From: Chthoniobacteraceae bacterium
Lineage (GTDB): Bacteria; Verrucomicrobiota; Verrucomicrobiia; Chthoniobacterales; Chthoniobacteraceae
DNA length: 59,516 nucleotides
NCBI GenBank assembly: GCA_031409335.1
Contig: JANNWY010000317.1
Coordinates: forward strand, 1-59,516
Direction: 5' to 3'
Part shown: in pieces, positions 36,077 through 45,733 of the stretch
Layout of the letters: every line of letters starts with the position of its first letter
Numbering within the stretch: position 1 is the first letter of the stretch
Notes under the pieces: model-generated
Seen by the model: the letters and a program-made list of their open reading frames with translations, nothing else
The model's database searches: none
What the model was told of the DNA's origin: nothing
Position numbers and translations under genes: made by a program

Positions 36077-37788
36077 TCGCGACCACGACGAGGCCGATCG
36101 AAAAGCTGCTGCTCGCAGCCGCTCATGCGAGCGGTTGCACGGATGAAAACGCGCTCGCGGAGTCCCTGCAAAACGCGGCGAAGATCGGGACGCGCCTCGT
36201 CGATGCCGTGCTCGATGCCGAGGTGATCGGTGACGAGCCCGGGTTCTTTCAAAACCTCAGCAACGCGCTGCGTCTTCCCTTCGTCGCCGTGCCGGAAAGC
36301 GACCCCGAGAATCCGCCGCACACGCGGCTTCCCGCGCGACTCGCTCTTCGCCATCGCGTCCTGCCCGGTCGCGCTGAAAGCACGAATCTTCAGCTTTTCA
36401 CATACGATCCGTTCGACCTCGAAGCTCGTCAGATGGCCGGGCAGACGCTCGATCTCAACATCACGTGGATCGTATCCACTCGCACCGCGATCATGGAGGC
36501 GCTGCGCAGCGGATACGGTGTCGGCGCGTCGCGTTTCGATGAGTTGATCGAGGGGAAGAATTCCGATTCCGAGCCGGACGCGCTGCGCCAGGAAGTGACC
36601 GTGCTCGAAGACAACGAGGAGGCGACGATCATGGGTTTTGTGAATCAGATTTTCAGCGAGGCAATCCGCGAACGCGCGACGGACATTCACATCGAACCAC
36701 TTGAAAGTGACCTGCGGATTCGCTACCGCGTCGATGGTTCGCTGAACGAAGTGGCCGTCCCGCCGAACGTCCGCATTCTCCAAAACGCGCTCGTCTCGCG
36801 CTTGAAAATCATGGCGCACCTCGACATCGCCGAGCGCCGGCTTCCGCAGGATGGACGCCTCAATCTCGAACTCGACGGCCAGCGTTACGATGTGCGCATC
36901 GCCACGATTCCTTCGGTGAATGGCGAGAGCGTCAGCCTCCGCCTGCTGGGTCGCGAGCGCCTCGATCTCGCCGGCCTCGGCATGGACGCCGCGCTGGAGG
37001 CTCGCATCCGCGCGCTGCTCGCGATGCCGAATGGCATCATCCTCGTCACCGGCCCGACGGGCTGCGGAAAATCCAGCACGCTCTACACCTTCCTCCGCGA
37101 GCTGAACACGAAGGATCGGCGCATCGTCACGATCGAAGATCCGGTCGAAAACAAACTCGACGGCGTCGTGCAAATCGCGGTGAAGCCGGAGATCAATCTG
37201 ACTTTCGCGGCGGGGCTGCGCAGCATCCTGCGCGGTGATCCGAATGTGATCATGGTCGGCGAAATGCGTGATCTCGAGACGACCGAAATCGCCATCCGCG
37301 GCGCGCTCACCGGCCATCTCGTTTTCAGCACGCTGCACACGAACGACGCCGTCGGCGGCATCTCGCGCCTGCTCGACATGGGCATCGAGCCGTTCCTCAT
37401 CGCGTCTTCGGTGCGCGCCTTTCTTGCGCAGCGGCTCGTTCGGCGTCTCTGCCCGCACTGCGCGAAAGCGGATGGCGAACATCACGATCATTACCTTCGC
37501 TCGATCGGATTTCCGGTGGAGGAAAAGCATCGCATCAAGACTCCCGTCGGCTGCCGCGAATGCCGCGGCGTCGGCTATCGCGGGCGGATGGCCATCATCG
37601 AAATCTGCGCCATCACGCCGGAGATTCAGGAGCTGATCGCCGAGCGGGCGCCGTCCATTTCGCTGCGCACGAAAGCGATCGAGCAGGGCATGATTCCGAT
37701 GCGCGAATACGGCTGGCAGAAAGTCATCAGCGGCGACACCACGCTCGATGAAGTCATCGCGGTGACGGCCGCGGATCACACTCCCTGA
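36073..37788 (+). CDS. gspE: Type II secretion ATPase
   Basis: ATDIHIEP, RLPQDG, TGPTGCGKSSTLY, TIEDPVE, VGEMRD, STLHTND, CxxC zinc motifs. Confidence 0.96.
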   Translation: MIATTTRPIEKLLLAAAHASGCTDENALAESLQNAAKIGTRLVDAVLDAEVIGDEPGFFQNLSNALRLPFVAVPESDPENPPHTRLPARLALRHRVLPGRAESTNLQLFTYDPFDLEARQMAGQTLDLNITWIVSTRTAIMEALRSGYGVGASRFDELIEGKNSDSEPDALRQEVTVLEDNEEATIMGFVNQIFSEAIRERATDIHIEPLESDLRIRYRVDGSLNEVAVPPNVRILQNALVSRLKIMAHLDIAERRLPQDGRLNLELDGQRYDVRIATIPSVNGESVSLRLLGRERLDLAGLGMDAALEARIRALLAMPNGIILVTGPTGCGKSSTLYTFLRELNTKDRRIVTIEDPVENKLDGVVQIAVKPEINLTFAAGLRSILRGDPNVIMVGEMRDLETTEIAIRGALTGHLVFSTLHTNDAVGGISRLLDMGIEPFLIASSVRAFLAQRLVRRLCPHCAKADGEHHDHYLRSIGFPVEEKHRIKTPVGCRECRGVGYRGRMAIIEICAITPEIQELIAERAPSISLRTKAIEQGMIPMREYGWQKVISGDTTLDEVIAVTAADHTP

Positions 37789-37796
37789 ATTCCGCC

Positions 37797-39029
37797 ATGC
37801 CGCATTTCACCTTTCAGGCGCTCTCTCCCGGCGGCGAACAAATCTCCGGCACACTCGATGCACCCACGCGCCGCGATGCCTACCGCCAGATCGAATCCCG
37901 CCAGCTCGTGCCGATCCAGGTCGCGGAAAAGGACGCGGCCGTGAGCAGCGAAAATGCGGGCAATACCGACGAACCCGCGATCCGTCTCAAGCGTTCGCGG
38001 CTGATCTTTTTCACCAGCGAACTTGCCGATCTGCTCGACGCTGGCCTGCCCGTGCAGCAGGCGCTGAACGTCATGGCCGAAAAGCAGGACGACCCCGTCA
38101 TCCGCCGGACCGGCGCGCGCGTGCGCCATTTTCTACGCGATGGCCAGACGCTCTCCGCGTCCTTCCGCCAGGCGTCGCCGAGCTTCGATGATCTTTACAC
38201 TTCACTCATCGCAGCGGGCGAAGCGTCGGGCACGCTCGCGAGCGTCCTGCATCGCATGGCGGAAAGCATGACGCAGCTCCACGATCTCCAGCGGCGCTTC
38301 GTGCAGGCGATGGTTTATCCCGCGTTCATGGTCGGCGCGTGCGCGCTGCTCATGGGCGTTTTCACGGTGATCCTCGTCCCGCAGCTCACCGGACTCCTCG
38401 CAAAAACCGGCCAGCAACTTCCCGCGATCACCGTGATGCTTCTCAACGTCAGCGGCTTTTGCACCGCGCATTTTGGGAAAATGATTCTCGCTGTCGTGGC
38501 CGCGGCCGTCACCTTCCGGGCCGCCGTCGCCACCGCGCCCGGACGCCTCTGGTGGGATCGCGCGAAGATGAAAATCCCGCTCATCGGCCCGATCGTCGAG
38601 ACACGCTTCTACGCCGGATTCACGCAAGCGCTGGGCAATCTCGTCATCAACGGCGTCCCGCTGCTCATCTCGCTCAAGCTGCTCATCCGCGGCACGCCGA
38701 ATCACTTTTTCCGCGAGCGCCTCAATCACGTCATCGACGCCGTCGCCGCGGGCGATCCGCTTTCCACATCGCTCCGCCGCGCCGGTCATTTCCAATCGCT
38801 CATGACCGACATCATCGCCGTCGGCGAGCAAACTGGCCACCTCGCCAAATCCCTGCAAAAAGCGGCGAGCCGCTACGACAAGGAACTCGACACGCGCATC
38901 AAACGCCTCACCGCGCTCATCTCGCCCGCGATCATCATTTTCCTCGCCGTCGTCGTCACCGTGATTGCCTACTGCATCGTCACTTCCATCTTCTCCGCAG
39001 TGTCCGGCATCCGCGCGGAGACGGGGTAA
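37797..39029 (+). CDS. gspF: Type II secretion inner-membrane protein F
   Basis: LADLLDAGLP, AGEASGTL, AMVYP, VGEQTG.L. Confidence 0.93.
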   Translation: MPHFTFQALSPGGEQISGTLDAPTRRDAYRQIESRQLVPIQVAEKDAAVSSENAGNTDEPAIRLKRSRLIFFTSELADLLDAGLPVQQALNVMAEKQDDPVIRRTGARVRHFLRDGQTLSASFRQASPSFDDLYTSLIAAGEASGTLASVLHRMAESMTQLHDLQRRFVQAMVYPAFMVGACALLMGVFTVILVPQLTGLLAKTGQQLPAITVMLLNVSGFCTAHFGKMILAVVAAAVTFRAAVATAPGRLWWDRAKMKIPLIGPIVETRFYAGFTQALGNLVINGVPLLISLKLLIRGTPNHFFRERLNHVIDAVAAGDPLSTSLRRAGHFQSLMTDIIAVGEQTGHLAKSLQKAASRYDKELDTRIKRLTALISPAIIIFLAVVVTVIAYCIVTSIFSAVSGIRAETG

Positions 39030-39117
39030 AATGATTCCGCTGGCAGAGTGCGGGCGCGTCGCGAAAGTATCGAATCGAAACGCCCGTCCGGCGTCTGAAC
39101 AACGAATCTCATATTGT

Positions 39118-39696
39118 ATGAAACTCATGTCATTCCTGCCCGCACTCGCCGCCGTCTGCACGCTGACGCTGCCCCATTCCGCGCTCGCGCGGGATAAGGA
39201 CGGGCGGATCAAAGCCGAAAAAAGTGTGGGGATATCCCGGAGTGCGCGAAGCGAACAGGGTAGTCGCAGCGATCGAAATGATCGGAACGACCGCAACGAT
39301 CGCCACGACAAAAACGATCATCGGGGCCACGATCATCGCGGACCGAATATCTATATCCGTCCGTCCTTTGGCTACGGGTCCGGTTACGGCTATGGCTACG
39401 GATCGTCTTACTATGGGCGTTCGCCCTATTACTATTCCCGCCCGAGCGTTGGCTATTCCTACCACAGCCGTCCCTCGGCGGTGTATCGCGGCCAGGCTGT
39501 TTACGGTTCGTATTCCGATGGCCTCGCAGTCGATGTCCAGCGCGAACTCCGCCGCCGCGGTTACTATCGCGGCGCGATCGACGGGGATATCGGCCCCGGC
39601 AGCCGCGCCGCGATTCGCGCGTATCAATACGACCGCGGACTCTCGACCACCGGCCGGATCGACTCCTCGCTCCTGCGCTCGCTCGGCATCGGGTAG
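39118..39696 (+). CDS. Secreted low-complexity protein with C-terminal peptidoglycan-binding (PG_binding_1) domain
   Basis: Signal peptide, NDR and GY repeats, VQREL...GYY.G.IDG..GP.SRAAI..YQ...GL..TG. Confidence 0.85.
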   Translation: MKLMSFLPALAAVCTLTLPHSALARDKDGRIKAEKSVGISRSARSEQGSRSDRNDRNDRNDRHDKNDHRGHDHRGPNIYIRPSFGYGSGYGYGYGSSYYGRSPYYYSRPSVGYSYHSRPSAVYRGQAVYGSYSDGLAVDVQRELRRRGYYRGAIDGDIGPGSRAAIRAYQYDRGLSTTGRIDSSLLRSLGIG

Positions 39697-39785
39697 CGCG
39701 CCCATCTCGACGTGACGAGCAGGCTGTCGGGCCTTCCCCTTGGGTTCCGCTCGCCAATTTCACCAACCGCTGACAACTCGCCGCC

Positions 39786-40970
39786 ATGCCCAAAGTCCGC
39801 TCCGGTCTTGATGTCCTCGTCGCACAGGGATTCGCTCCGCTGCGCGGGTTGCGCGTGGGTTTGGTCACGCATCCGGCGGCGGTGGATGCGCAGTTGCGGC
39901 ACGCGATCGATCTTTTTGCCACGGCACCGGGCGTGAAGCTCGGCGCGATCTTTGGGCCGGAGCATGGCTTGCTCGGGCAGGCGCAGGATTTGATCGGGAT
40001 CACGAGCGCGGAGTCGAAGGTGCCGGCGGCGGTGCCGGTGCATAGTTTGTATGGCACAAAGCCGGAGAGCCTGCGCCCGACCGAGGAGCAAATGAAGGAT
40101 CTCGATGCGCTGGTGATCGACATGCAGGACGTGGGGAGCCGCTATTACACCTTTCAGGCGACGATGCGGTATTGCCTCGATGCGGCGCTTTCGCGCGGGA
40201 TGAAAGTGTGGGTGCTCGATCGCCCGAATCCGCTCGGCGGCGCGGTCGAGGGGCCGGCGCTGCGGGCGGGATTCGAGAGTTTCGTCGGCATTCACGACAT
40301 CGCGACGCGCCACGGATTGACGATGGGTGAGCTGGCGATGCTCTATCTGCGCGAGTTGAATCTCGATCGCGGGGAGCTGCACGTCGTGCCGTGCGAAGGC
40401 TGGAAGCGCGCGCAATTTTTCGACGAAACCGGCCTGCCGTGGGTGCTGCCATCGCCAAACATGCCGACGCTGGAAACCGCCGTGGTGTATCCGGGGCAGT
40501 GTCTTTTTGAAGGCACGAATCTCAGCGAGGGTCGCGGCACCACGCGGCCTTTCGAGATCTGCGGCGCGCCGTGGCTGGATGCGACCAAGCTCGCGCGGCG
40601 GATGGAGGATGAAAAACTGCCCGGCGTGCGTTTCCGCGCACTGTGGTTCCGCCCGACTTTTCAAAAGCACAAGGACAAGGACTGCGGCGGCGTGCAATTG
40701 CACGTGACCGATCGCGCCGCGTACCAGCCCGTGCGCGCCGGCCTCGCGCTGCTCGCGGTGATCCGGGAAATGTCTGGCAAACAATTCGCGTGGCGCGGCG
40801 AGGTTTACGAGTTCAAGAAAACGCCGATCGCGATCGACCTGCTGTTTGGCTCATCCCGCGAACGCGAGCATCTCGATGCGGGAAAACCATGGCGCGATTT
40901 GCTGCCGGAGTGGGTGAAAGAAGAGGCCGCGTTCGAGCACCGGCGTCATATGACGCTGCTGTACGATTGA
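39786..40970 (+). CDS. Exo-beta-N-acetylmuramidase NamZ (DUF1343) family
   Basis: FGPEHG, DMQDVGSRYYTF, LDRPNP, HGLTMGE, PSPNMP, SEGRGTTRPFE. Confidence 0.92.
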   Translation: MPKVRSGLDVLVAQGFAPLRGLRVGLVTHPAAVDAQLRHAIDLFATAPGVKLGAIFGPEHGLLGQAQDLIGITSAESKVPAAVPVHSLYGTKPESLRPTEEQMKDLDALVIDMQDVGSRYYTFQATMRYCLDAALSRGMKVWVLDRPNPLGGAVEGPALRAGFESFVGIHDIATRHGLTMGELAMLYLRELNLDRGELHVVPCEGWKRAQFFDETGLPWVLPSPNMPTLETAVVYPGQCLFEGTNLSEGRGTTRPFEICGAPWLDATKLARRMEDEKLPGVRFRALWFRPTFQKHKDKDCGGVQLHVTDRAAYQPVRAGLALLAVIREMSGKQFAWRGEVYEFKKTPIAIDLLFGSSREREHLDAGKPWRDLLPEWVKEEAAFEHRRHMTLLYD

Positions 40971-41001
40971 GCCGGGTGACGGCAGCTGCTCGCTGGCGCG
41001 G

Positions 41002-41997
41002 CTAAACCTGCGCTGTCTCGGCAGAGTGGGCGATGTTTTCGGCGGCGATTTCGTCCAGCGCGGATAGCGTCGCGAGATGGGCGAAACGCTCGCGCAGCCG
41101 CTTCGCCTCGGGCATTCCGCGCGAATACGCCATCAGCCGCGAACGCAGCGCGGCCAGCGCGTGCGGCTCGCTGCCTTCGGCTTCCACCTTCCACCGGCAG
41201 TGGCGGAGGATGTGCGCCCATTGTGCTTCGAGGGTCGGCGGCGGGAGCACTTCGCCGGTGTCGAGGAAGTGGCGGATTTCGCGGAAAATCCACGGCGAAC
41301 TCATCGCGGCGCGTCCCAGCATCACGCCGCTCACGCCGGTCTTCATCCGCCGCGCGACATCCTGCGCGGAGGCGAGGTCGCCATTTCCGATCACGGGGAT
41401 TTTCACCGTCGCCGCGACCGCCGCGATGACATCCCAATCCGCCTCGCCGGTGTAGCCCTGATCCTTCGTGCGCCCATGCACGGCGACGGCGGCGATACCC
41501 GCGTCTTCGAGCACGCGCGCGGTCGTTGTCGCGTTGATCGTGTCCGCGTCCCAGCCAATGCGGATTTTCGCCGTGACCGGAAACGGGGCCACCGCGTTCA
41601 CCACACCGCGCGCAACTTTTTCCAGAAGTGGACAATCGCGCAGCAGCGCCGAGCCGCCGTTTTTGCTCACGATTTTGCTCACCGGACAGCCGAAATTCAG
41701 GTCGATGAAATCGGGCCTCTTCCACTCGACGACCATCCGTGCCGCTTCGCCGAGATGCGCCGGGTCCGCCCCGAAAAGCTGCACGCCGAGCGGGCGCTCC
41801 GCATCGACGAATTCGAGATACTCCAGCGTCCGCTCATTGCGCCGGAAGATTCCCTCCGCCGAAACGAACTCCGTGACCATGACATCCGCGCCGTATTCCT
41901 TCGCGAGCTGGCGGAAGATCGTGTCCGTCACTCCCGCCATCGGCGCGAGGTAAAGCGGGAATCGGTCTTTGAAAAACGGCAGCATGAAATCGGTCAC
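41002..41997 (-). CDS. dusB: tRNA-dihydrouridine synthase
   Basis: LAPMAGVTD, DLNFGCP, VHGRT, VIGNGD. Confidence 0.93.
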   Translation of the reverse strand: MTDFMLPFFKDRFPLYLAPMAGVTDTIFRQLAKEYGADVMVTEFVSAEGIFRRNERTLEYLEFVDAERPLGVQLFGADPAHLGEAARMVVEWKRPDFIDLNFGCPVSKIVSKNGGSALLRDCPLLEKVARGVVNAVAPFPVTAKIRIGWDADTINATTTARVLEDAGIAAVAVHGRTKDQGYTGEADWDVIAAVAATVKIPVIGNGDLASAQDVARRMKTGVSGVMLGRAAMSSPWIFREIRHFLDTGEVLPPPTLEAQWAHILRHCRWKVEAEGSEPHALAALRSRLMAYSRGMPEAKRLRERFAHLATLSALDEIAAENIAHSAETAQV

Positions 41998-42322
41998 GCA
42001 CCGATGGCCCGGATGGGCAGGGGAAGCAAGGGGCTTGCGGGCAAAGCGCGCACGGCCCGACGGAGTGTCATCCCTTTTCCGATGATGAATCTGCTACGCA
42101 CGACAGCCGCGTGGGACAAATGCGGACATGAAATTCGGGTTCGCCGCCATATACCCGAAGGCGGGAATCGGCGAGGGGTGCGCTGATGAACTGAATGGCA
42201 ATAGCTATCACACTTATAATCATTTTCACCACCACTCCAAGTGATCCCCTCTCGATGATCCCCTGCTTTCACGCCTCCCCTTGGTTCGCCGAAGATTCCG
42301 GCAACGAAATCGGCATCGCCAA

Positions 42323-42964
42323 ATGAAGTCCAAATCCAGGGAAGGTAAAGCGGAACCTCCTTTTGGCGTCGCCGTTCAACACCAGTCCATCGGGCTGATC
42401 GACACGGATTTTCACCACCCGGAGGCGCTCGCGTTTAACCGCTTCGATCCTTCGCTCGGGACGCTGCGCGCGATCCTGATCTCGTGCGAATCGCGCGCGA
42501 TCCTCCTCGGCTCGCTGAAGAATCACTCGACTGCCAGCGAGCGCTTCACCATTACCGTTGCCGTCGAAGTTTCCCTCGCGACACCGCCGGGCCTGCCACC
42601 CGCGGCGCTTCTCACCGTGCCTTCGGTGTCGGCGATGTTCTCACTGCCACCGGGCTGCTCGGTGGAGATGCCGTGGAATGCGGGCATCGATCAGAAAATC
42701 GTCGTCCTTTCCGCGCCGCAGGATTTGGCGCTCTTTTCCGGTGCGGGTCACTGGCACGTGCGGGTGTCCACCGCCACGAGTCTCGCGGTGATGGGCGGCG
42801 GCGGCTGCATCGAGAGCGATGTGCGCGCGAAGGCGGCCTGCGACATCATGGTCCAATACGAATTCCACCCTGCTCGAACGGCGGGTCGCAAAGGCGAAGC
42901 GTTCAAGCCGGGCACAGCGATCAGCAGCGCCTTCGACAAAACAAGATCCCGGCAGAGTCTGTAG
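42323..42964 (+). CDS. Choice-of-anchor-E-like domain protein
   Basis: F..FDPSLGTL motif and terminal V.Y.F strand; no signal peptide or PEP-CTERM tail visible. Confidence 0.55.
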   Translation: MKSKSREGKAEPPFGVAVQHQSIGLIDTDFHHPEALAFNRFDPSLGTLRAILISCESRAILLGSLKNHSTASERFTITVAVEVSLATPPGLPPAALLTVPSVSAMFSLPPGCSVEMPWNAGIDQKIVVLSAPQDLALFSGAGHWHVRVSTATSLAVMGGGGCIESDVRAKAACDIMVQYEFHPARTAGRKGEAFKPGTAISSAFDKTRSRQSL

Positions 42965-42971
42965 CGGCGTG

Positions 42972-44687
42972 TCAGCTCCGCAAACCCGCGCCGATGCTGT
43001 GAAAGGTCGCGTCCGCTGGCAGCACCGCGCGGTCGCAGAAGTCGCCGAAGCCTTCGCCCTCGTTGCGTTCGCGCGCGTAGCGTTTGATCACGGGCGCGAG
43101 CAGTTTCACCGCGTCGTCGATCGTGATGCTCGGTGAGACGAGCCGGTTCAGCCGCGTGCCGTTGTAGCTCGCGCCGAGATAGAGCGCGTATTTGTTTGGC
43201 GCGCGGCCGACGAATCCGATCTCGGCGAGATACGGGCGCGCGCAGCCATTCGGGCAGCCGGTGACGCGCAGGCTGATCGCATCTTCGCGCAGTCCCGCTT
43301 CGTCGAGCACGGCTTCAAATTTCTCCAGAATGTCCGGCAGCACCCGCTCGCTCTCGGCCAGCGCCAGGCCGCAAGTCGGCAGCGCCACGCACGACAGCGC
43401 GTTCAGCCGCAGCCGTGAGCGATTGTTTTCCGATGCGAGCCCGTGCTTTGCCAGGATGCCATCGATCACCAGCTTCTGCGCGGCGGTGACGCCGGAGATG
43501 CTCAGGTTTTGCGATGGCGTGAGCCGGAAGTCGCCCGTGTGAATTTCCGCGATCTCGCGGAGCGCCGTTTTCATCGGCCAGCCGGGCAAATCCTTGATCC
43601 GCCCGCTGAGAATGTGCAGCCCGTAAAACCACGTCCCGTCCGCGCACTCGTGCCAGCCGTGCGGGTCCTCGATCGTGGTAAAATGGAACGCGCGCTCCGC
43701 CCCGAACGTGACGCCCGAGCGCCGCTCCACCTCGCCCTTGAACCACTCGATGCCGCGATCTTCGATCGTGTATTTCAGCCGCGCGTGTTTGCGATTCGTC
43801 CGGTCGCCGAAATCGCGCTGCGTCTCCAGCACCGCCTTGCCGACCGTATTCACCTGATCCGGCGCGATGAAGCCGAGCATGTCCGCGAGGCGTGGAAACG
43901 TCTCCGCGTTCCCATGACTCATCCCGAGCCCGCCGCCGACCGTCACATTGTAGCCCGCGAGTTTTCCACCTTCCTCGATCGCGATGAAGCCGAGGTCTTG
44001 CGAGAAAACATCCACGTCATTCGACGGCGCGAGCACAAATGCCGTCTTGAATTTCCGCGGTAAATACGTCGCGCCATACATCGGCTCCTGCTCCGGTTCG
44101 CCGCCCGCCACGAGCTCCTCATCCAGCCAGATTTCGTGATACGCGTGCGTCTTCGGTAGCGCGAATTCGCTCCACGCCCGCGACGCATCATACACCTGCT
44201 GGAGCAGCGCGCTCCGCTCGGGATTCGGCGGCGCCATCACATTGCGATTCACGTCGCCGCAAGCCGCGATCGAATCGAGCAGCGCCTGGTGCATCCCCTT
44301 CACGAGCGACTTCACTTTGCCCTTCAGGATGCCGTGAAACTGAAACGTCTGCCGCGTCGTGATGCGCAGCGAAGGCCACGCAAATTCACCCGCCAGCCGG
44401 TCCAGCACCAGCCACTGCGCCGGAGTCGCGCGTCCACCCGGAAGCCGCACGCGGAGCATGAAAGAAAACGCCTTTTCCTTACCCTCGCGCTTCAGCGCGT
44501 TGCGCACATCGCGGTCGTCCTGAAGGTAAAGCCCGTGAAATTTCGTGAGCTGCCCGCTCTCTTCCGAGATCGCACCGGTCGAAGTATCCGCCAGCTCCGC
44601 GGCGATACTCCCGCGCAGCAAATTCGACGCGGCTTTAAGGATTTCGTTAGGGTTCGGCGGCTTCACGCCGGTGTTTTCGGTGGTCAT
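42972..44687 (-). CDS. cysI: Sulfite reductase hemoprotein (beta) subunit
   Basis: LRGSI, KFHG.Y.QDDRD, TTRQTFQFHG, YLPRKFK, CVALPTC, TGCPNGCAR siroheme/4Fe-4S motifs. Confidence 0.95.
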   Translation of the reverse strand: MTTENTGVKPPNPNEILKAASNLLRGSIAAELADTSTGAISEESGQLTKFHGLYLQDDRDVRNALKREGKEKAFSFMLRVRLPGGRATPAQWLVLDRLAGEFAWPSLRITTRQTFQFHGILKGKVKSLVKGMHQALLDSIAACGDVNRNVMAPPNPERSALLQQVYDASRAWSEFALPKTHAYHEIWLDEELVAGGEPEQEPMYGATYLPRKFKTAFVLAPSNDVDVFSQDLGFIAIEEGGKLAGYNVTVGGGLGMSHGNAETFPRLADMLGFIAPDQVNTVGKAVLETQRDFGDRTNRKHARLKYTIEDRGIEWFKGEVERRSGVTFGAERAFHFTTIEDPHGWHECADGTWFYGLHILSGRIKDLPGWPMKTALREIAEIHTGDFRLTPSQNLSISGVTAAQKLVIDGILAKHGLASENNRSRLRLNALSCVALPTCGLALAESERVLPDILEKFEAVLDEAGLREDAISLRVTGCPNGCARPYLAEIGFVGRAPNKYALYLGASYNGTRLNRLVSPSITIDDAVKLLAPVIKRYARERNEGEGFGDFCDRAVLPADATFHSIGAGLRS

Positions 44688-44746
44688 CGGACAGGAGATA
44701 TAAATCGGTTTTCCAGCGATCGCATCTTTTTCAATCGCGCGGGCAA

Positions 44747-45604
44747 TTACTTTGCGGCCTCGCTCAAAGCGCGCTCGAGATCGCCCAGCTTGTTGTAGTT
44801 CCAATAGTCGAGTTTCAGGCTGCGGCGGAGTTTCAACGATCCGCCGTCGGATTTTTTCCATTCGCGAAGACGATGCGGCGGCTTGGGATCGAGCGCGAAA
44901 TCGTCCTGCCTTTCCCCCACTTTCACCCTCACGGCGATCGAGTCCGGCTTTGCGCTCCATTCGACCGACCCGCCTGCAAATCTGATTTGATCGCGCTTTG
45001 AATTGATCACGCTTCCGGCGACCGCGGTTGCGAATGCGCCTGCGCCGTTGGTGAAATCAATCGTCCGCACGCGCAGCGGAAGTTCGTCGTAAAATATCGC
45101 GCCATTCTCCGCGGCGATGTTTTCCTCCCCGGCGCTCATGCCTTCCCAATAGGTCCGCCACTCGTAGCGCCAGCCCGCGTTCATCAGCCCGCGCAGACCG
45201 CCGAGCGCGCGGAATTCCTTGTAAGTATTCCCGCATGAATCGTTGCTCGTCAGGGTCGCCTTCACCAGCGCGCCGGTGTCGCAGCGCCAGAATGCGGAGT
45301 GCATTTGCTGATACACATACAAGCCCGTCGGGATGTGCAGGATTTGGTTGAGCTTGATGACCGGATACGTGCCGCCGCGTGTGTTCGCTTCGGCCTTCAC
45401 CAGATCGCGATCGGCAAAGGGCTCGCGCACGAGGATGTGGATGACCTCGCACTTTCGTGGCTGGCCGTAACGCATCTCCACCGCATCGTAGAAATTGAAC
45501 TCCGCTTTGCCGTCGCCCCAATACTTTTCATCCTGGAGAAAGGCGGCGGAAAACTGCGCGGATGCGGTGGTGACGAAGGCGAGGAGGAGCAGGGCGGACT
45601 TCAT
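44747..45604 (-). CDS. Conserved hypothetical secreted protein
   Basis: Signal peptide MKSALLLLAFVTTASA; YWGDGKAE, RYG, V.EPF, KLN..IPTG.Y.Y, CG, YWNYN motifs. Confidence 0.75.
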   Translation of the reverse strand: MKSALLLLAFVTTASAQFSAAFLQDEKYWGDGKAEFNFYDAVEMRYGQPRKCEVIHILVREPFADRDLVKAEANTRGGTYPVIKLNQILHIPTGLYVYQQMHSAFWRCDTGALVKATLTSNDSCGNTYKEFRALGGLRGLMNAGWRYEWRTYWEGMSAGEENIAAENGAIFYDELPLRVRTIDFTNGAGAFATAVAGSVINSKRDQIRFAGGSVEWSAKPDSIAVRVKVGERQDDFALDPKPPHRLREWKKSDGGSLKLRRSLKLDYWNYNKLGDLERALSEAAK

Positions 45605-45610
45605 TCGGAG

Positions 45611-45723
45611 AACATCGAACATCGAACATCGAACGTCGAACATCGAACATCGAATTCCGGAGGCGCGTCGCGTGCGGCTTCCGACTTCGATGTTCGATGT
45701 GGGATGTTCGATGTTCGACGTTC
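45611..45723. repeat. Inverted heptamer tandem repeat (AACATCG)x6 ... (TTCGATG)x5
   Basis: Directly visible; fills nearly the whole intergenic space between two divergent genes. Confidence 0.92.
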
Positions 45724-45733
45724 ATCCTCCGCC

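Noticed and set aside
35920..37779. 619-aa minus-strand ORF
   Set aside because: Antisense shadow of gspE.
42972..44687. cysI without adjacent cysJ/cysH as a novel system
   Set aside because: Dispersed cys genes are common, and the partners may lie elsewhere in the genome.
45611..45723. Repeat arrays (also 14373-14463) as CRISPR
   Set aside because: They are 7-nt contiguous units without unique spacers, and no cas genes are present.
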